Shown here: positions 1-13,596 of the stretch, piece by piece
How positions within the stretch are numbered: position 1 is the stretch's first letter
How the letters are laid out: each line of letters begins with the position of its first letter
Assembly: GCA_016748015.1 (NCBI GenBank)
Contig: JAAOMT010000384.1
Span: 62,001-126,000, forward strand
Source: Geosiphon pyriformis uo1
Lineage: Eukaryota > Fungi > Glomeromycota
Length of the DNA stretch: 64,000 nucleotides
Reading direction: 5' to 3'
Translations under genes and position numbers: made by a program
Notes under the pieces: generated by a model
What the model saw: only the letters and a program-made list of their open reading frames with translations
What the model was told of the DNA's origin: nothing
Database searches by the model: none

Positions 1-3000
1 AAAATATTATATCAAATAAGTTTTTAAAATATTTAATTCTCTTATTAAAAATTTATTAACAAATTTATTTACATATTTAGCTTTTTATTTAGAAAATTAA
101 CCAAATTAAAGTTTTTTATAAAATAATAAGTATTATTAAAAATTACTTAAATAATTTTTTATTTTAACTTATTTAATATTTAATTTTTTATTAAAAATAC
201 ATTATTTTTTTATTTAATAGTAATTACAAAAATTAGATTTAAATAAACTTAACTTTATCTTATAAATATTTAAAGTTATCTAATTATTTAATTTAATAAT
301 TATTATATTAAAAACTAAAATATATTTTATTATTAAAACAATAACTTATAACTTAATTAAAATTAATAATATTAAATCATAAATATTTATTTTAATATTC
401 AAGTCCAAATTCAAAAAATATGTAAATATCTTATTAATAATATTTAAAAAGTCTAAATTCTTAATAAAGTTATTTATATTAATAAATATTTTATTTAAAA
501 AAACATTTTTTAATCTTTTCTAAATTATATCAAAGTAGCTTAAAATAATATAAACACATTTTTATTAATAAAACTACTTATTTTAATAAAATTTATTATA
601 ATATTAAATTATAAAAAATTGGTGCTTTCAGTACTTAAGTTTTTAGAATCCAAAAAATTGCCATTTTTTGATTTACATATTAGAGATATTAAGAGTTTCA
701 ATTTAAAAAAATTTTTTGTACTAGATGTTGAGTTTTCTGCTGTGTTTGACAAGACTTCTGAAGTTAAATTGCTGTTTATTAAAAAAATTTTCTATTGTAT
801 CAATGGTTTTGGGAGAGCATCAACTTTTTTAAAATTTCTTGGCATTGTTAGATCTTTTTTTATCTTTAAATTAAGCCTAAGCAAGGCAAAAAAATGGCTG
901 TCAGTAAAAAAATCATGGTTAATGTTGATATTAGAAAAGCAAATAGCCATATGAATCAGGAAATTATTGGTAAAAAAATTCTGGTTAATTTTTTCAAATT
1001 GGCTATAGAATCAGTTTTTTAAATTTAGTAAAATAGTTTTTATTAAAATACAGCTAATTGATCTTTGGTAAAAAGTCTTAGTTAAGTTTAATTCTTTTGA
1101 AGTTGCTGATTTGGTTGTATCTAAGTGGTTGATTTTCATAAAAAAAAATTTTGTGCATGTAATATTGGCTGTTAATGATAAACAATTATAAGTGTCTAAA
1201 GATTTTTATCAGACTTTGTTGTATATTTTGTTTGTTAGTACTATCACTCATAATCTTACTGGTCTATTGGAATCATATGGTAAAAAAATCTGCTTTATTG
1301 GCCATAATCTGAGTTCATATATGCATGATAGATGTGTTGTAATTTGTTTTGCTAATAAGACTTTCAAATTAGCTGTCATTAACTTGACTTTAGTTTTCAA
1401 AAGTGTGAATTTGTATTGAGTTGGTTTTTTTTTGGCTTGTTGTGCTTAGTGCAAACAATTTGGTCATATTTTTAATGTGTGTTTGATGAGCAGAAAGTTT
1501 GGTGGTTATAGTAAATAGGTGGTCAATTTTCAGGATCAAATTTAGTTGGTGTTATTATATAAAAAAAAACAGAGACTAATTGCTTGTCCAGTTTCTTTTG
1601 GTGGTAAAACTTGAATGCAGATTGTTAATAACTTTACTTCTTGTGTGGTGCCTTTGGTTTTTTCTATTTTCAAATGCTAAAGCTTTTCTGCTGGTTTACT
1701 TGAATATAAGTAATAGGTTTGCTATTTTTGAACACAGTCTTGTTAACCTTATAGAGCAAATAAACAAGCTGTCTAAAAAGTTGGATGTATTTGAGCCAAC
1801 AGTTTCTCAGCCTAACTCTAAATGTTAACTATTGGTGATTTTTTCATTACACAATCAAAAAATCAATACAGTAATAAGTAAGAGTTTGAGTGTTGTTACT
1901 AGTAGTGAGACTGTGATAAAAGTGGTAAGTTTTAATTCTTTAATTGTTTTAAAATTGGAAGAGACTTTAAGCAATTTGTTGAACATAGTTATGAGTTTGT
2001 TGGTCAGAGTAGACAATACTGATTTGAGTTCTGGTGCCCATTTTTCTTAATGACCAATTTTATTTAGAAAGTAGCTACATGTAATGTTAGAAATATAAAC
2101 AACTCTGCCAAACAAGCCAATATTGTTCATTGGTACAAAGACATAAACAATTTAATTTCTATTATAATTAAAACAAAGTTAAAAGAGAAGATTTGTTCAT
2201 AAATCATAAACAAGTTTGATGATGTATAAGTATTCACTTCTGGTTTGGAATCTAGTCATTTGGGTTTTGGTGTTGTGGTCATTATGAATATTAGCTTAGC
2301 AAAACATATATGCAAGATTTCAAAAGTTACTAATAAGCTTTTGTTTATTAAGCTGTTTTTAAAGAATAAATTATCTGTTTTAATTCTGGAGCTGTATGCT
2401 AATACAACACTGGCTGTGCATTTATTTCAGATTGATAAAGTTAATTCTCTAATTGTAAAGATTGTAAATAAGTCTTTTTTTGTTATTTTGGGTGGTAATT
2501 TTAATAAAAATGGCTTTTGTAGGTATGTTAGTTTTAAGAAGTGCCTTAGCTTGGAATTGGTTAATTCATTGGTCAGAAGTTCAGCTGCAGAAACATTGAT
2601 TTGAAAAAATTCTAAAAGTGTTATGAAAACAATTGACTATGTGTTTGTTTCTTTGAACTTAATTAATAGAGTAATAGATTGTAATATTGTAAATGTTAAA
2701 GATTATTTTAATACTGATTATCAAGCCATTTCTATTTTTGTGGATTTGGGTGGCTTGTTAAATGTGCAGCTAAATCTTCTGTATAAACAAGTAAATAAAA
2801 ATTGTTGAAAGTTTGACATTAAAGATGCTAATAAGGCAAAATAGAATGAGTTCAAAGATACTATAATGGTTAATATGGTGTTATTATTTGATGAGTTTGT
2901 TACATTTAAGAAATTTTCAGATCTGAATATAATATAAAATTAACAAGACAGTGTGTCTTTCAACCAATAAAATTTTTAAGAAAAGATGGTTTAAAAACTT

Positions 3001-6000
3001 TGATGATGTTTTTACAAAAAATTTTTCCAGATTTCATAAGTTAAAAATTTTGGTTTTGAAAATTGTAAAGTTCTTATGTGTGGGTTCTGATAACAAGTTC
3101 ACTTTTTTGATGAATCATTGGATGTCTTTGAACAATAATAAAACTTTGATTATTTAGGTTCTATTAAAATTGGGTGTTAATTTTGATTATGTAAGATCTG
3201 CTCTTTATAGTATAAGAAAATTATACTGTATCTGCAAACTTGCTAAGTTTTTAAGACCCAAAAAAGTTAATATTAAATTTGTTATCAACAAAAAAATAGA
3301 GAGCTTTGCTGTTAATAAGGGCCATACAATCAAAAGTGTATTAAAATGTCTTTTTTATAAAGTAGTGTTGAATTATTTGGTTGCTGATAGTGTTTTGATT
3401 TTAGATCTTGTCGAAATTAAATCTAAAGTTGATGATATTATGAAGAGTTGAACAAAGAAAAAAGAGATGTTAAATAATATTCCCAACCTGTGGCATCATT
3501 AATATCTGCTTTTGGTTCATGTTAATAATGTTGTATTCTTTAATATTATAAATATTATCAGTTATGATTACTTAGTACATGTAATTAAAGACTTATCTAA
3601 TAAGAAAGCTGCTGATTTGTTTGGTATTATGAATAAACTATGGAAACATTGTGATAATTTGATATTCAATATGCTTTTAAACATTTTGAATCTTTGTTTA
3701 GTACATGAATCTATGCCTCAATCTTAAAAAAAAGTCTGGATTTTAATAATTCTTAAGCCATATAAATAAGAGAGTGTTTTAATTAATACTAGACCAATTA
3801 CATTGATTAAAACTGCTCAAAAGATTCTTTTTAAGTTGTTTTCTGATAAAATTTCTTTGGCCTGTAGTAAATTTAATGTTCTTCATGATGACAATTTTTT
3901 TGTATTAAAAGATACTACCACCTAGTTTCCTATTTTTGTTATTGGTTCAGAAATTGAAGATGTTTTGGAAAAAGGCTATAAGCTTTGATTAGTTTTACAA
4001 AATATGTAGAAGACTTATAACTCTGTAAATTGGCATTATTTGAGAAATAGTTTGGTCAGAATTAAAATGTGCAAGTGGTTTATTCAATTTTTTGGGAGAA
4101 TTCATGATAATAAAATCAATCAAGTTATAATTGATTATAATTTGACAAATAGATACTGTATATATAATAGTCTGGACTAAAATGAGGTTTTTTTTTTCTG
4201 CTCTGAAAGATTTTTTATAATCCTTTTTTATGTAAAGTTAAATGGCAAAAAAGTGTGTATGGCTACTGTATTAATACCAAATTTGTTATTAAAACTGGCA
4301 GACTAAAAAGTCAGAATGAGCTGACTTTATTTTTAGCAGTTGGCACTTTTGTTAATGATATAATTTAAGTTGAAAGTAGTCAGACAGCCATTCAATACAT
4401 TTTAAACATTGCAAGTAGTTTTTTTAAAATCAATGACATTTCAATTATTAATAATAAGACAATAGTTATTCTTATTAACTAGAAAGTTAAAGATGCTTTA
4501 TTATTAATTAGTGAGTTGCCAATTTCTCTTGCATGAAAAGAGAAGTTTTATTAGTATTTGGGTATTTTTTTGTCTTTTGAAAGTTTATTCAAACCTAATC
4601 TAATAAAGGCTTATGTAGATATTAAGTTCTTTTCTAATATGGTTCTGAAAAAGACTATTTTGAATAAACAATTTTTTATTTGGTCTTGGTAGTATTGCAC
4701 CCTATTGTTGGTTACAGAATCTAATTTAGTTTTGTCTTTAAGAGTGTATGTATCAAATAGAATACACTAATCAGAAAAAATTTGAGAATAAAAGCTAGCT
4801 TGTCTAAAGACTTTTCTAATAAGGCTTTTTATTATCTATTTTTGTACAGTTTGAAATCATTTAAACAGTTGTAGGAAAATAAGTTAGCTTCAGTATTGTG
4901 TTTTTTGAATGCTTATGGAATTCTTGGTTATTTATTCAACCATAAGTTTCTAAACTTACAAGTTTCAAGTTGGTCTTTTGTTTATCTTTTACAAGCTCTT
5001 ATAAGATTAAAAATCAGTCTAGTCAACAACTTTTTGACTGTTGTAATAAAATTTTTTTTGAAATATAATATGGCTCTTAACAACAATTTCTCTTCTGCAT
5101 TTTGGTTTTCAGGTGGTACTCCAATGTTTTCTGTTTTGAAAGATTCAGTATTCTATAATGTTTTTAGGTTACTTAAAAGGTTTAGTATTGCTTTTGTTAA
5201 ACAATTGTATAATAAAAAAAGCTTAGTTTTCAATTGGAAAAGATTTTATTATTAGAAGAGACTCAATCTCAAGAGTTCTGTTCTTAAGTGGTTCAAATTG
5301 ACATGCAAGTATTTGGTTTGCTTTTCTTATGATCCTGTTATTTAGTCTTTCTATAATAAATTCTTGTCTTTAAGTGTTTTTGGTTTTGGTGGTTTTTTAT
5401 CAGTGCAGCAATATTTTTTTAATGCCAATTTAGATGTTATTAATATTTACATGAATAGTTCTCTGAAAAACTTGAATATATATAAGATAAGATATAGTGT
5501 AACTGTATTTTTTGTTGACTTGAATTTGAATATTAGTGTTAAAATTATTGGTTTGGTTTCCTCAATATTAGCTGAATTACAGACTATTGTCTTCATTTTG
5601 AAGTGTGTTTTAGTTAGTAGTCATATTGTGATGCATTTGGACAGTCAAGCCACTTTGGATACATATATTACTGAATTGAAGTTGGCTTTGTCAAATTTCT
5701 GTAATTATTGTTGAATAAAAAGATGTAATATTGTAAACTTTATTAGAAACAGAAGAATTAGTATATTTTGGTCTAAGATTAAAGACTATTCAGATGTTCT
5801 GAGAAATAAGCAAGCCAATAAGTTGGCCAACTCAATTTTGTATTCAAATTTGGTATTTTCTGTTCTTGTTAAAGAAAAATTTATTAAGGCTAGTAAGATA
5901 GTAATGTTTAATAATGTTTGTTATTTTACTTATGGTGTTTTTAGGACTGTTTATTGGACTTGCTGAGAAGTTGGGCCTAGATTTAATATTATTAGTGTTA

Positions 6001-6859
6001 ATATAATTAAAAATATGAATTGAGATCAGATTTCATTGGTTTGGCATTCTGACTTACATATGGTAGCTGGTTTTATTAGTAAACTCATGGCTGACTTGTG
6101 TTTATATTTTATAAAGGCTTTGCATTATTATTTGCCTGTTGCTATCAAAAAATGATTATATAACAAAATATATCTTAATGTGTTGTGTTTTTATTACAGA
6201 AAGATAAAACTTCCTGATTATTCATTTACATATGTAATGGACTCTGCTACTTATGTGAACTTGATTAATTCTTGCTTAGCTTGATGGACTTCTTTGTCAG
6301 ACTTGGGTCTATTCTTATCTTGGATTATATAAATGCTTTCTACATGTGCTTCTAACTTTAAGATGTACACAATCTTGTGTAAAAGTTTTATTTTTAAGGA
6401 TTGGTATTTGGAGACTTTGTCAATATTCAAATGTGCTAAAGTTAGACAAAATAGTTGTTGATCTGATAAGGAGTTTGGAAATTGCTTATTAGACAGAGAT
6501 ATAATTGGTGAGAGTTAAGTTTAAAACAATTTTAGAGAAAAAAAGTTTGATTGTTTGTGATAATTCAGTGCTTTCCACTACTTATGGATTTTCATTTTTG
6601 TTTTCTGATGGTGTTATTAAGTTACTTGGTATTATGGAAGCACATGATGTCAGTTTTGGTTTTTACAAGCCTTGCAGTTTTTCTAGTATTAATAGCTTTG
6701 TGTCTGTTATGATAGATCCATAGTATTGCTCTGACTAGTTTGAATGGCTGGTCACATGTAAAAAGTGCATGATTTGCGCCTAGTTTAGATCACTTAGTTT
6801 GATGTATTGTACTAAGTGGCATTTGGGCCTCACTCGTAAAACGTTAAAAAAAAAAAAAA
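1..6859 (+). mobile_element. Degenerate full-length non-LTR retrotransposon (LINE; ORF1 plus APE-RT-RNase H ORF2, poly-A tail). 5' end uncertain.
   Basis: Read through stops: CCHC knuckle CA*CKQFGHIFNVC (~1440-1482); ORF2 start MTNFI*KVATCNVRNIN (APE N-terminus, 2050); RT motifs NTRPITLIKTAQKIL (~3785) and LQNM*KTYNSV (~3995); RNase H remnants IYMNSSLK, SSILAELQ, HLDSQA, KIKDYS...NKQANKLA (5440-5830); A14 tail at 6846-6859. Positions 1-600 are extremely AT-rich, probably the decayed ORF1 5' part. Confidence 0.9.
2050..6723 (+). pseudogene. LINE ORF2 pseudogene (APE endonuclease, reverse transcriptase, RNase H)
   Basis: Domain motifs occur in the expected order but are interrupted by many premature stops and some frameshifts. 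Confidence 0.88.
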
Positions 6860-7460
6860 GTTTAATTTAAGAAAACAAAGTTAAAAAAATCAATAAAAAA
6901 ATCATAAAAGTAAACATAATTTGGAGATAGTTTTTTATAATATATGTTTGAATATTTGTTTGGATAAGATAATTTCTTATTTATCCTATTTAATAAGTTT
7001 ATTAAAAATATAAAATAATAATAATAATATTTATTTATTTATTTTATTTTAGATTTTATGCATATTCAAAATTTGATTAATGAAGAATTTTAAATATTTA
7101 TTTTGTTGAATACATGTTCTAATTATTGTTTTTCGCGATTAATCTAAGTATTTAACAACTTTAAATGTTATAAATTTCAATTTAATAATCAAATCACATA
7201 TACTTATTTAAACAACTAATTTTTTGCAACCTTGGCGTCTTAAGTAATGAATGTCAATTGTTTGTGGAAAACCTCATTGCCCTCCTTATTACAAGAGCTT
7301 GTAATCATTCCATTCTGGTCAAGATCTCTATATAAATCCAGGAATTCAGGTTTTTTAGAAAAATCGACAAGAGTGCATCATATTTCGAACAAAAATATTA
7401 CCATTGAGTAAAATAAATTGATTATTTGGCATTAAATTTGAAATGGAGAATCTATAAGAT

Positions 7461-8783
7461 CTATATGCCATTAAATTTATTTTCAAACTCCTGGACGTTG
7501 ATATCTGAATTCTTTGCAAAATCATTTGGGGCGGACGAAATTAGGTTAACTTCTTTTGAATCAAGATTTGAACCACCTTTGTTTATGATTTCTACATAAT
7601 TAGAGGGAAAAACTCCCTGCTCCCCACTTCTCATCCGGCCACGCCACCAAAGAGAAGGTTGCCCCCATGAATCAGTCTTGCTTAAAATAGCGATAATATC
7701 ACCACGTTGGAAGCTCAATTCAACGGGGAACTCGCTAGTAAAATCATATAAAGCACGACAGAACTCAAGATTTTGAGGTGATACAGAAACTGGACTTTGT
7801 AAAGAGAGTTCACCGTTGTTTTCCGGTGGAAATTTATCATGAGTTCGTTGTGCTTCTCGACGTCGGGATAAAACTTGAATAAGTTTGTGCGTGAGAAATG
7901 GAACACCAAACACTGCGAGTATAAAAAACAGCAATGGCCGACGGGATTTTCGGCCATTTTCTTGAAAATGCTCAAAATTAATAGGTGTCAATTCATTGGG
8001 ATTAGCGGGAGGCGTTGTCCCCATGATTTTGTAAAAAATCTTACGAATCCATCGAACAACAGCAAATACACTCAATATTTGACCAAGATAATTTCGTAAA
8101 TTGCCGAATTGTTCGACGACTCCGACCATTGCCATAAATGATGAATGGGTAGCAAAGAAAGTTGATTCTAACATTGAAGCAAATCCACCAAAAGCATTCA
8201 CAACCGATTCAATCATATGGAATCCAGCAGATGTGCTAGCTTCCATTCGTTGAGTAAGTGAGATATCATCAGGGACTCCGGGTCCGGGAGCTCCAGGAGC
8301 TCCGTAAGTGTTGCCACCAAATCTACTATATGGAGAGGCACCATAGGATCCGTATGAGTTATATGAGCTATAGTTATTATAGCGATTGTATGGTGAATAT
8401 CCTGAAGAATATGATCCATATCGGTAAGGACTGTAGCCACTACCGTATGAATTGTAAGAATTAACCCCACCATATGAACTCATTCCAGTATACGGAGAAT
8501 GCCCATAAGAATTGTAACCTTATTGCATATATTAATTTATTTAGATGGTGTTCTTATATAAAGAGATAAATTTAAATAAAGAAATTCAGAGAGAACTAAA
8601 TTCAAACTCACTTCGGTTAACGTTAGGGTGACTCGATGTGGTGGTTGTGGGCCTTGCAGGAATTGCAGGGGGGGTTGCACCCTGCGTTAATCCCATCGTG
8701 TTCGATCGTGGCAGTGAGGCCTGTTGGGTGTTGAGACTGGCGGCACCTTTCGTCTTTTCCCAAGGTTTTGGTGGAGAAGGCAT
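7461..8783 (-). CDS. PEX13: Peroxin 13 (peroxisomal docking protein with SH3 domain); exons 8783-8612 and 8518-7461
   Basis: N-terminal MPSPPKPWE, YG-rich region, Peroxin-13_N segment ESVVNAFGGFASMLESTFFATHSSFMAMVGV, C-terminal SH3 (ALYDF...WWRG...GVFPSNYV). GT-AG intron 8611-8519 joins the exons in frame. Confidence 0.95.
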
Positions 8784-9111
8784 GCGTGAATTTCAAGTAA
8801 AGAAAGGGCAAAAAAGTTGAATAATTAAGTCCATTAAAGGAAAATAATTGAAACTTTAGCCATCTCTAAGAATCTAATGAAGGGAACCAGTTAAACTAGT
8901 TTTATTGGCGGCCTAACTTTATGGGACTAGCTATTGAGCCTGAATCTTTAATTGGCCGACGCGTAGATAAAAGATAATGATATTGTGGAACTTCACTTGA
9001 CTCATATATTAGATCGGAACTCGTGTAATGACAAATTCATATTACTTTTCTTTATAACGTAGAGTGTGAAAGATTGAAATTTGACTTCGTGTATGATTGT
9101 AAAGAACAAGA
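8784..9111. promoter_or_regulatory. Probable bidirectional promoter region for PEX13 and ARP1
   Basis: 328 bp separates the divergent ATGs; no specific element identified. Confidence 0.5.
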
Positions 9112-9867
9112 ATGGAGTATGAAGATGTTTTGACAAATCAACCAGTCGTTATCGACAATGTAAGTGAAAATATACATTTATAAAGCCTTCATTCGCAATC
9201 TTAACTGCTTCCTGGTTTTTCTTTCAGGGTTCTGGAGTCATCAAAGCCGGGTTTGCAGGGGACGATCTTCCAAAGTGTTTTTTCCCATCATAGTAAGTTA
9301 ATTTAATGTAAACTTTCAAAACTTTAAGGTGTCCTTAAATTAATGTTCTTTTTAATAGTGTTGGAAGACCTAAGCACGTTCGCATAATGGCGGGTGCTGT
9401 TGAGGGTGACGTTTTCATTGGACATAAGGCCCAAGAATTGCGTGGTCTTCTTAAAATCAAGTATCCAGTAGAACATGGTGTTGTGTCTGATTGGGATGAC
9501 ATGGAGCGTATCTGGAAATACATATACGAAGAAGAATTGAAGACCGCATCAGAAGAGGTATCTCTAATCCTCCCATTTACTTTTGGATCAAGAATTATGT
9601 TCTCCGGAAAATTTTAACATTTTGTGAGGTTTCAATCGACCCATAAATTGCGCAATAGCAGGAGCATTCCCAAATACAATTTAATAAAAATCTCACCTTC
9701 CTCTTTTAGCATCCAGTACTTTTGACTGAGGCTCCCATCAACCCAAGAGGAAATCGAGAACAAGCGGCTCAAATATTTTTTGAAACGTTCAATGTTCCGG
9801 CATTATTCACATCAATTCAGGCGGTTTTAAGTCTGTGAGTATTTCAAAAATTAATTAATTGGTTTCT

Positions 9868-9900
<33 letters not shown>

Positions 9901-10920
9901 AATAATAATAATACTACTGTAAATCACAGTTACTCCTCGGGTCGAACTACTGGGATTGTACTTGATTCTGGTGATGGTGTTACTCACGCAGTGCCTGTCT
10001 ATGAAGGATTTGCACTCCCTCATGCTATCAGACGAGTTGACATTGCTGGGCGGTATGTACATAAAACTCTTTCTAGAATTGACAGCTGAGATTAAATTTC
10101 TTCGATAAATTTACAGAGATGTGACAGAACATTTGCAGTTGCTCCTTCGAAAAGCTGGTTATCATTTCCACACAACAGCAGAAAAAGAAGTAGTGCGTAT
10201 GATAAAAGAAAAAACCTGTTACGTCGCGTCAAATCCTGCAAAAGAAGAAAAAGACAATGCTGGTAAAGTAGATGACTTCCCCCTACCTGATGGGAATGTT
10301 ATTAAAGTATGCGCAAGATGAATCAAATTCGTTGTTATCAATTCTCATAAATACTTAAAACCCCGATTTAATCGCTGTATTGCATTTAAGTTGGGGACTG
10401 AAAGATTCAGAGCACCAGAAATTTTATTCAATCCTGAATTGATTGGGCTAGAATATGCTGGGGTTCATCAAGTCGTTGTGGATTCGATTAATAGAGCCGA
10501 TTTAGATTTACGGAAGTCTCTATTTGCCAACGTGGTACTTTCTGGAGGCACTACACTTTGCAAAGGTAACATAATTTGATATTTAAGAGTTTATTTAGAC
10601 AAAAAATTAATTCAATATTATTTAGATTTCGGTACTAGATTATTGGGCGAAGTACGGAAGCTAGCCGTTAAGGATATAAAAATCAAAATTTATGCTCCAC
10701 CAGAAAGGAAGTACAGTACATGGATCGGAGGGTCTATATTAGCAGCGTTAAGTACCTTCAAAAAAGTACGTCAAACTATACATTTTATATTCTCATTAAT
10801 TTATGTGCAATTTTTATTCAAGATATTTACAAATACTATTTTCTATCATTAATTAAGATGTGGGTATCGGCCGAAGAATATCAAGAGGATCCTGATATCA
10901 TTCATAAAAAAAGTTTTTAA
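9112..10920 (+). CDS. ARP1: Actin-related protein 1 (centractin, dynactin subunit), multi-exon
   Basis: [16 protein letters not shown]|[55 protein letters not shown]|[20 protein letters not shown]; these features fit centractin rather than conventional actin. Confidence 0.93.
9868..9914 (+). repeat. Compound (AAC)n(AAT)n microsatellite in an ARP1 intron
   Basis: Directly visible trinucleotide run ending ~15 nt upstream of the acceptor at ~9929. Confidence 0.95.
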
Positions 10921-11685
10921 ATGCAAATTTGCTTAAATGCCAAATTTGATTATCCTTTTGGGTTTTACAACTCTTACTACAAAAAATTGATGTTTCCGGG
11001 CTTAATCGCTTTTAGTTTGCGAATTATGGGCTACTATTTAATTTGGTTTTGCTTTGTTCTTTCTGTTTTTATACCTTAGTTCTTGTATACCTAGCTTTAC
11101 ATTATTTTTAAATTTTAATTTCGAGATTAACAATGAGGCAGCACGATGTGCACGCTCTTACCATTTATTCCAAATTGAAAATTGTGTACAAAGTCACCTA
11201 TAAATAAACCATTGAGAATCTCAATAAATTATTGTGAAATAATTTTTTGAAAAAATATCAGACGATAAAAATAAGCATTATTCATGTCATTGCTATAAGA
11301 ATCCATTTTTCTCTAAATTAATAATTTATTAGGACATAAGTATAAATGTTGACAAAAACTGGGCGGGCATCTCAGTTTCATTACCGATTAATTGTTATCG
11401 ATAAGAAAACTTGAGCCATCCCAATTCCGATAACAAAAGCAGAACTCTTGATTATTACATATTAATTGAAGAGTGTCGCACCCACGTTGAGATCGATTTT
11501 ATTTCATCAAAGCTAATTATGCACACTCTAATTCCTTCGTCAGCTTGATTAAAACCTTTATTTATTGAAATTTGATTTTTATGCACATCATCCTTTCAAC
11601 CAAAGTTGTAGCTGTAGCACACGTCAGAGCTTTTAGAAATATACAACCTATGAAATTGACTTCGACCTCGAAAGTGAGTTAATGA

Positions 11686-13308
11686 TCAATCACTGTCACT
11701 TGTTGTATCACATTCGGTTTCACTTTCACTTGAAGTAGGGTTTTCTACTGAGGATCCAATTCCACTTAAAATTTTATTTTCATCAGTGGTTTCGGGCTGA
11801 GACTCATTTTCAATTGTAAATTCACTATCACTGTTGTATCTAATTTCATCTTCACTTGTGAATTCATTTTCGCGGGTAGAATCGTTTTCATTTCCACTTA
11901 TGCGTTCAGTGTCACTTACGATTTCATTGTCACTTGCATGCTGATTGCTACCCTCAATTTGAGGTTTGATTTGATTGTGCTCTCTTTTATTGATGATTTG
12001 AAAATCATTTGTGCTCAAGCTAGCTTTTTTAATGTTGGGAATTTTGGATTCGGTTTTTTTTTCTGCATGAACCTCTCGTTGGTCTATCTCAATATCACGA
12101 TCCAATGGCATCTGCTGGTAAACAAAAATTGTGGGAAATTCGATGATGGTTTTCTCTCTTAAGGAGTTGGAAAATGTGGAATTGGGGTTGAGAATGTAAT
12201 ATTTCGGATTGTTTGCCTATATAATAAAGGAATTGACGTCAAGGAAATTATTGTGACGAATTCGCTTTGAAGAAAATCTATAAGTAAATAAAAACTTGCT
12301 GGCTGTTTTTCTTTCTTCATTAAAAATATGTAATCCTCGAATGGAATAGCTTGAAGGCACCTTTTTTCGGTAATAGGTAGGAAAGTGAGTAAATCTTTTA
12401 AACCTTCTGCAAGCGTTTTGGTTTCTTTGCATCTAATTTCAATGTGATCAAAAAGATTAATGAGTTTATAATCCTAAAAATATCGAGAAGAATATCAAAA
12501 GGCTGAATACTTGTTTAAGAAGATTTTGCTGCTGAGCTCCGAGAAAATCCATTCGATTTGCCATGAAATCAAACCATCCTTACTGTAATTAAAAAATTTA
12601 CGGATTTACTATAAGTTATGAGAATTTGAAAGGTAGGATGATATTGAATAGCCTTACGATTTAAAGCTTGTTCGATTTAACAGCTTCCTCTTCATTCCAT
12701 ATGGCATTGAAATTAAATGAATGCCTCTGTTTCGTGCTTGTCTGGAAATTTGTTCCGAAAAAAACTGCCTTTTTGTTGTACTAGGGGTTAGCTGCTGCCT
12801 TATCGTGCGATTGTTAACATCAGCTACCCGAGCTAAACTTTCAAGATAGGTATAATCTGAGAAGAAGCCATAATGATTTAATATAAATTGAAATCGAATA
12901 ACAGCGAAAAAAAGATTCAATGATCAAACATAGTCAGAACTCACCCAACATCATTTCTTGATACCCGTATTGCTCACGAGAAATATAATGTGCTTTAGAT
13001 CGCATTCCATTACAATTCGCAGTCTTTTTATGCTGCTGGCAACAAGCAAGAGAGCAAGTCCGAAACCTGCACCGTGGGCATTTATATTTGGCGGTAACAT
13101 GACAGAGCTGACAGTTGGAGGAGCTTAAAGGTGGTGACCTTGCACGTTTTCTTTTTGTTGCGCGCTTAGTCGCTGCTGCTGGAGAATCTATTTTGCTATT
13201 TGATTGTTCTCTTTTAGTTTCTAAGCTGGATAAAGGTTCCTGAACCACAGAATCTGCCTCAACTTTACATTTCCCGAGAATAAAACCAAGAGGATCAAGA
13301 GACGACAT
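11686..13308 (-). CDS. BCD1: Box C/D snoRNA protein 1 (BCD1/ZNHIT6-like, zf-HIT), multi-exon
   Basis: zf-HIT CQLC...KYKCPRCRFRTCSLACCQQHK...CNG, followed by DYTYLE, RGIHLISMPYGMKR, ISWQIEWIF and an acidic tail. First ATG at 13308. Confidence 0.85.
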
Positions 13309-13596
13309 GGACCCGGAAGAAACCAAAAACGGGAGGGGCTAGAGTAAATTATTTGTTCAATCTGCTCAGTAAAAAGTTGCCTATCTGGTTTATATTATGA
13401 CACGATGTGACTAACCACTGGGAAATAATAGCAATTTTGTAATTCTTACTAATTATATTAAGAATTCAAGTTTTTTGTGTTTTAAAAAGTAAGCATATAT
13501 AAATTGAAAATAATATTTACAAAAAATAATATTTTATAAATTTTCCAAATAAATTAATCAGCCAGAATTTATTGCTTTCAAATGCACCTTGAAATT

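Noticed and set aside
6725-6780. Possible hammerhead ribozyme in the LINE tail (CTGA followed by stems)
   Set aside because: It lacks the CUGANGA/GAAA core spacing and stem topology.
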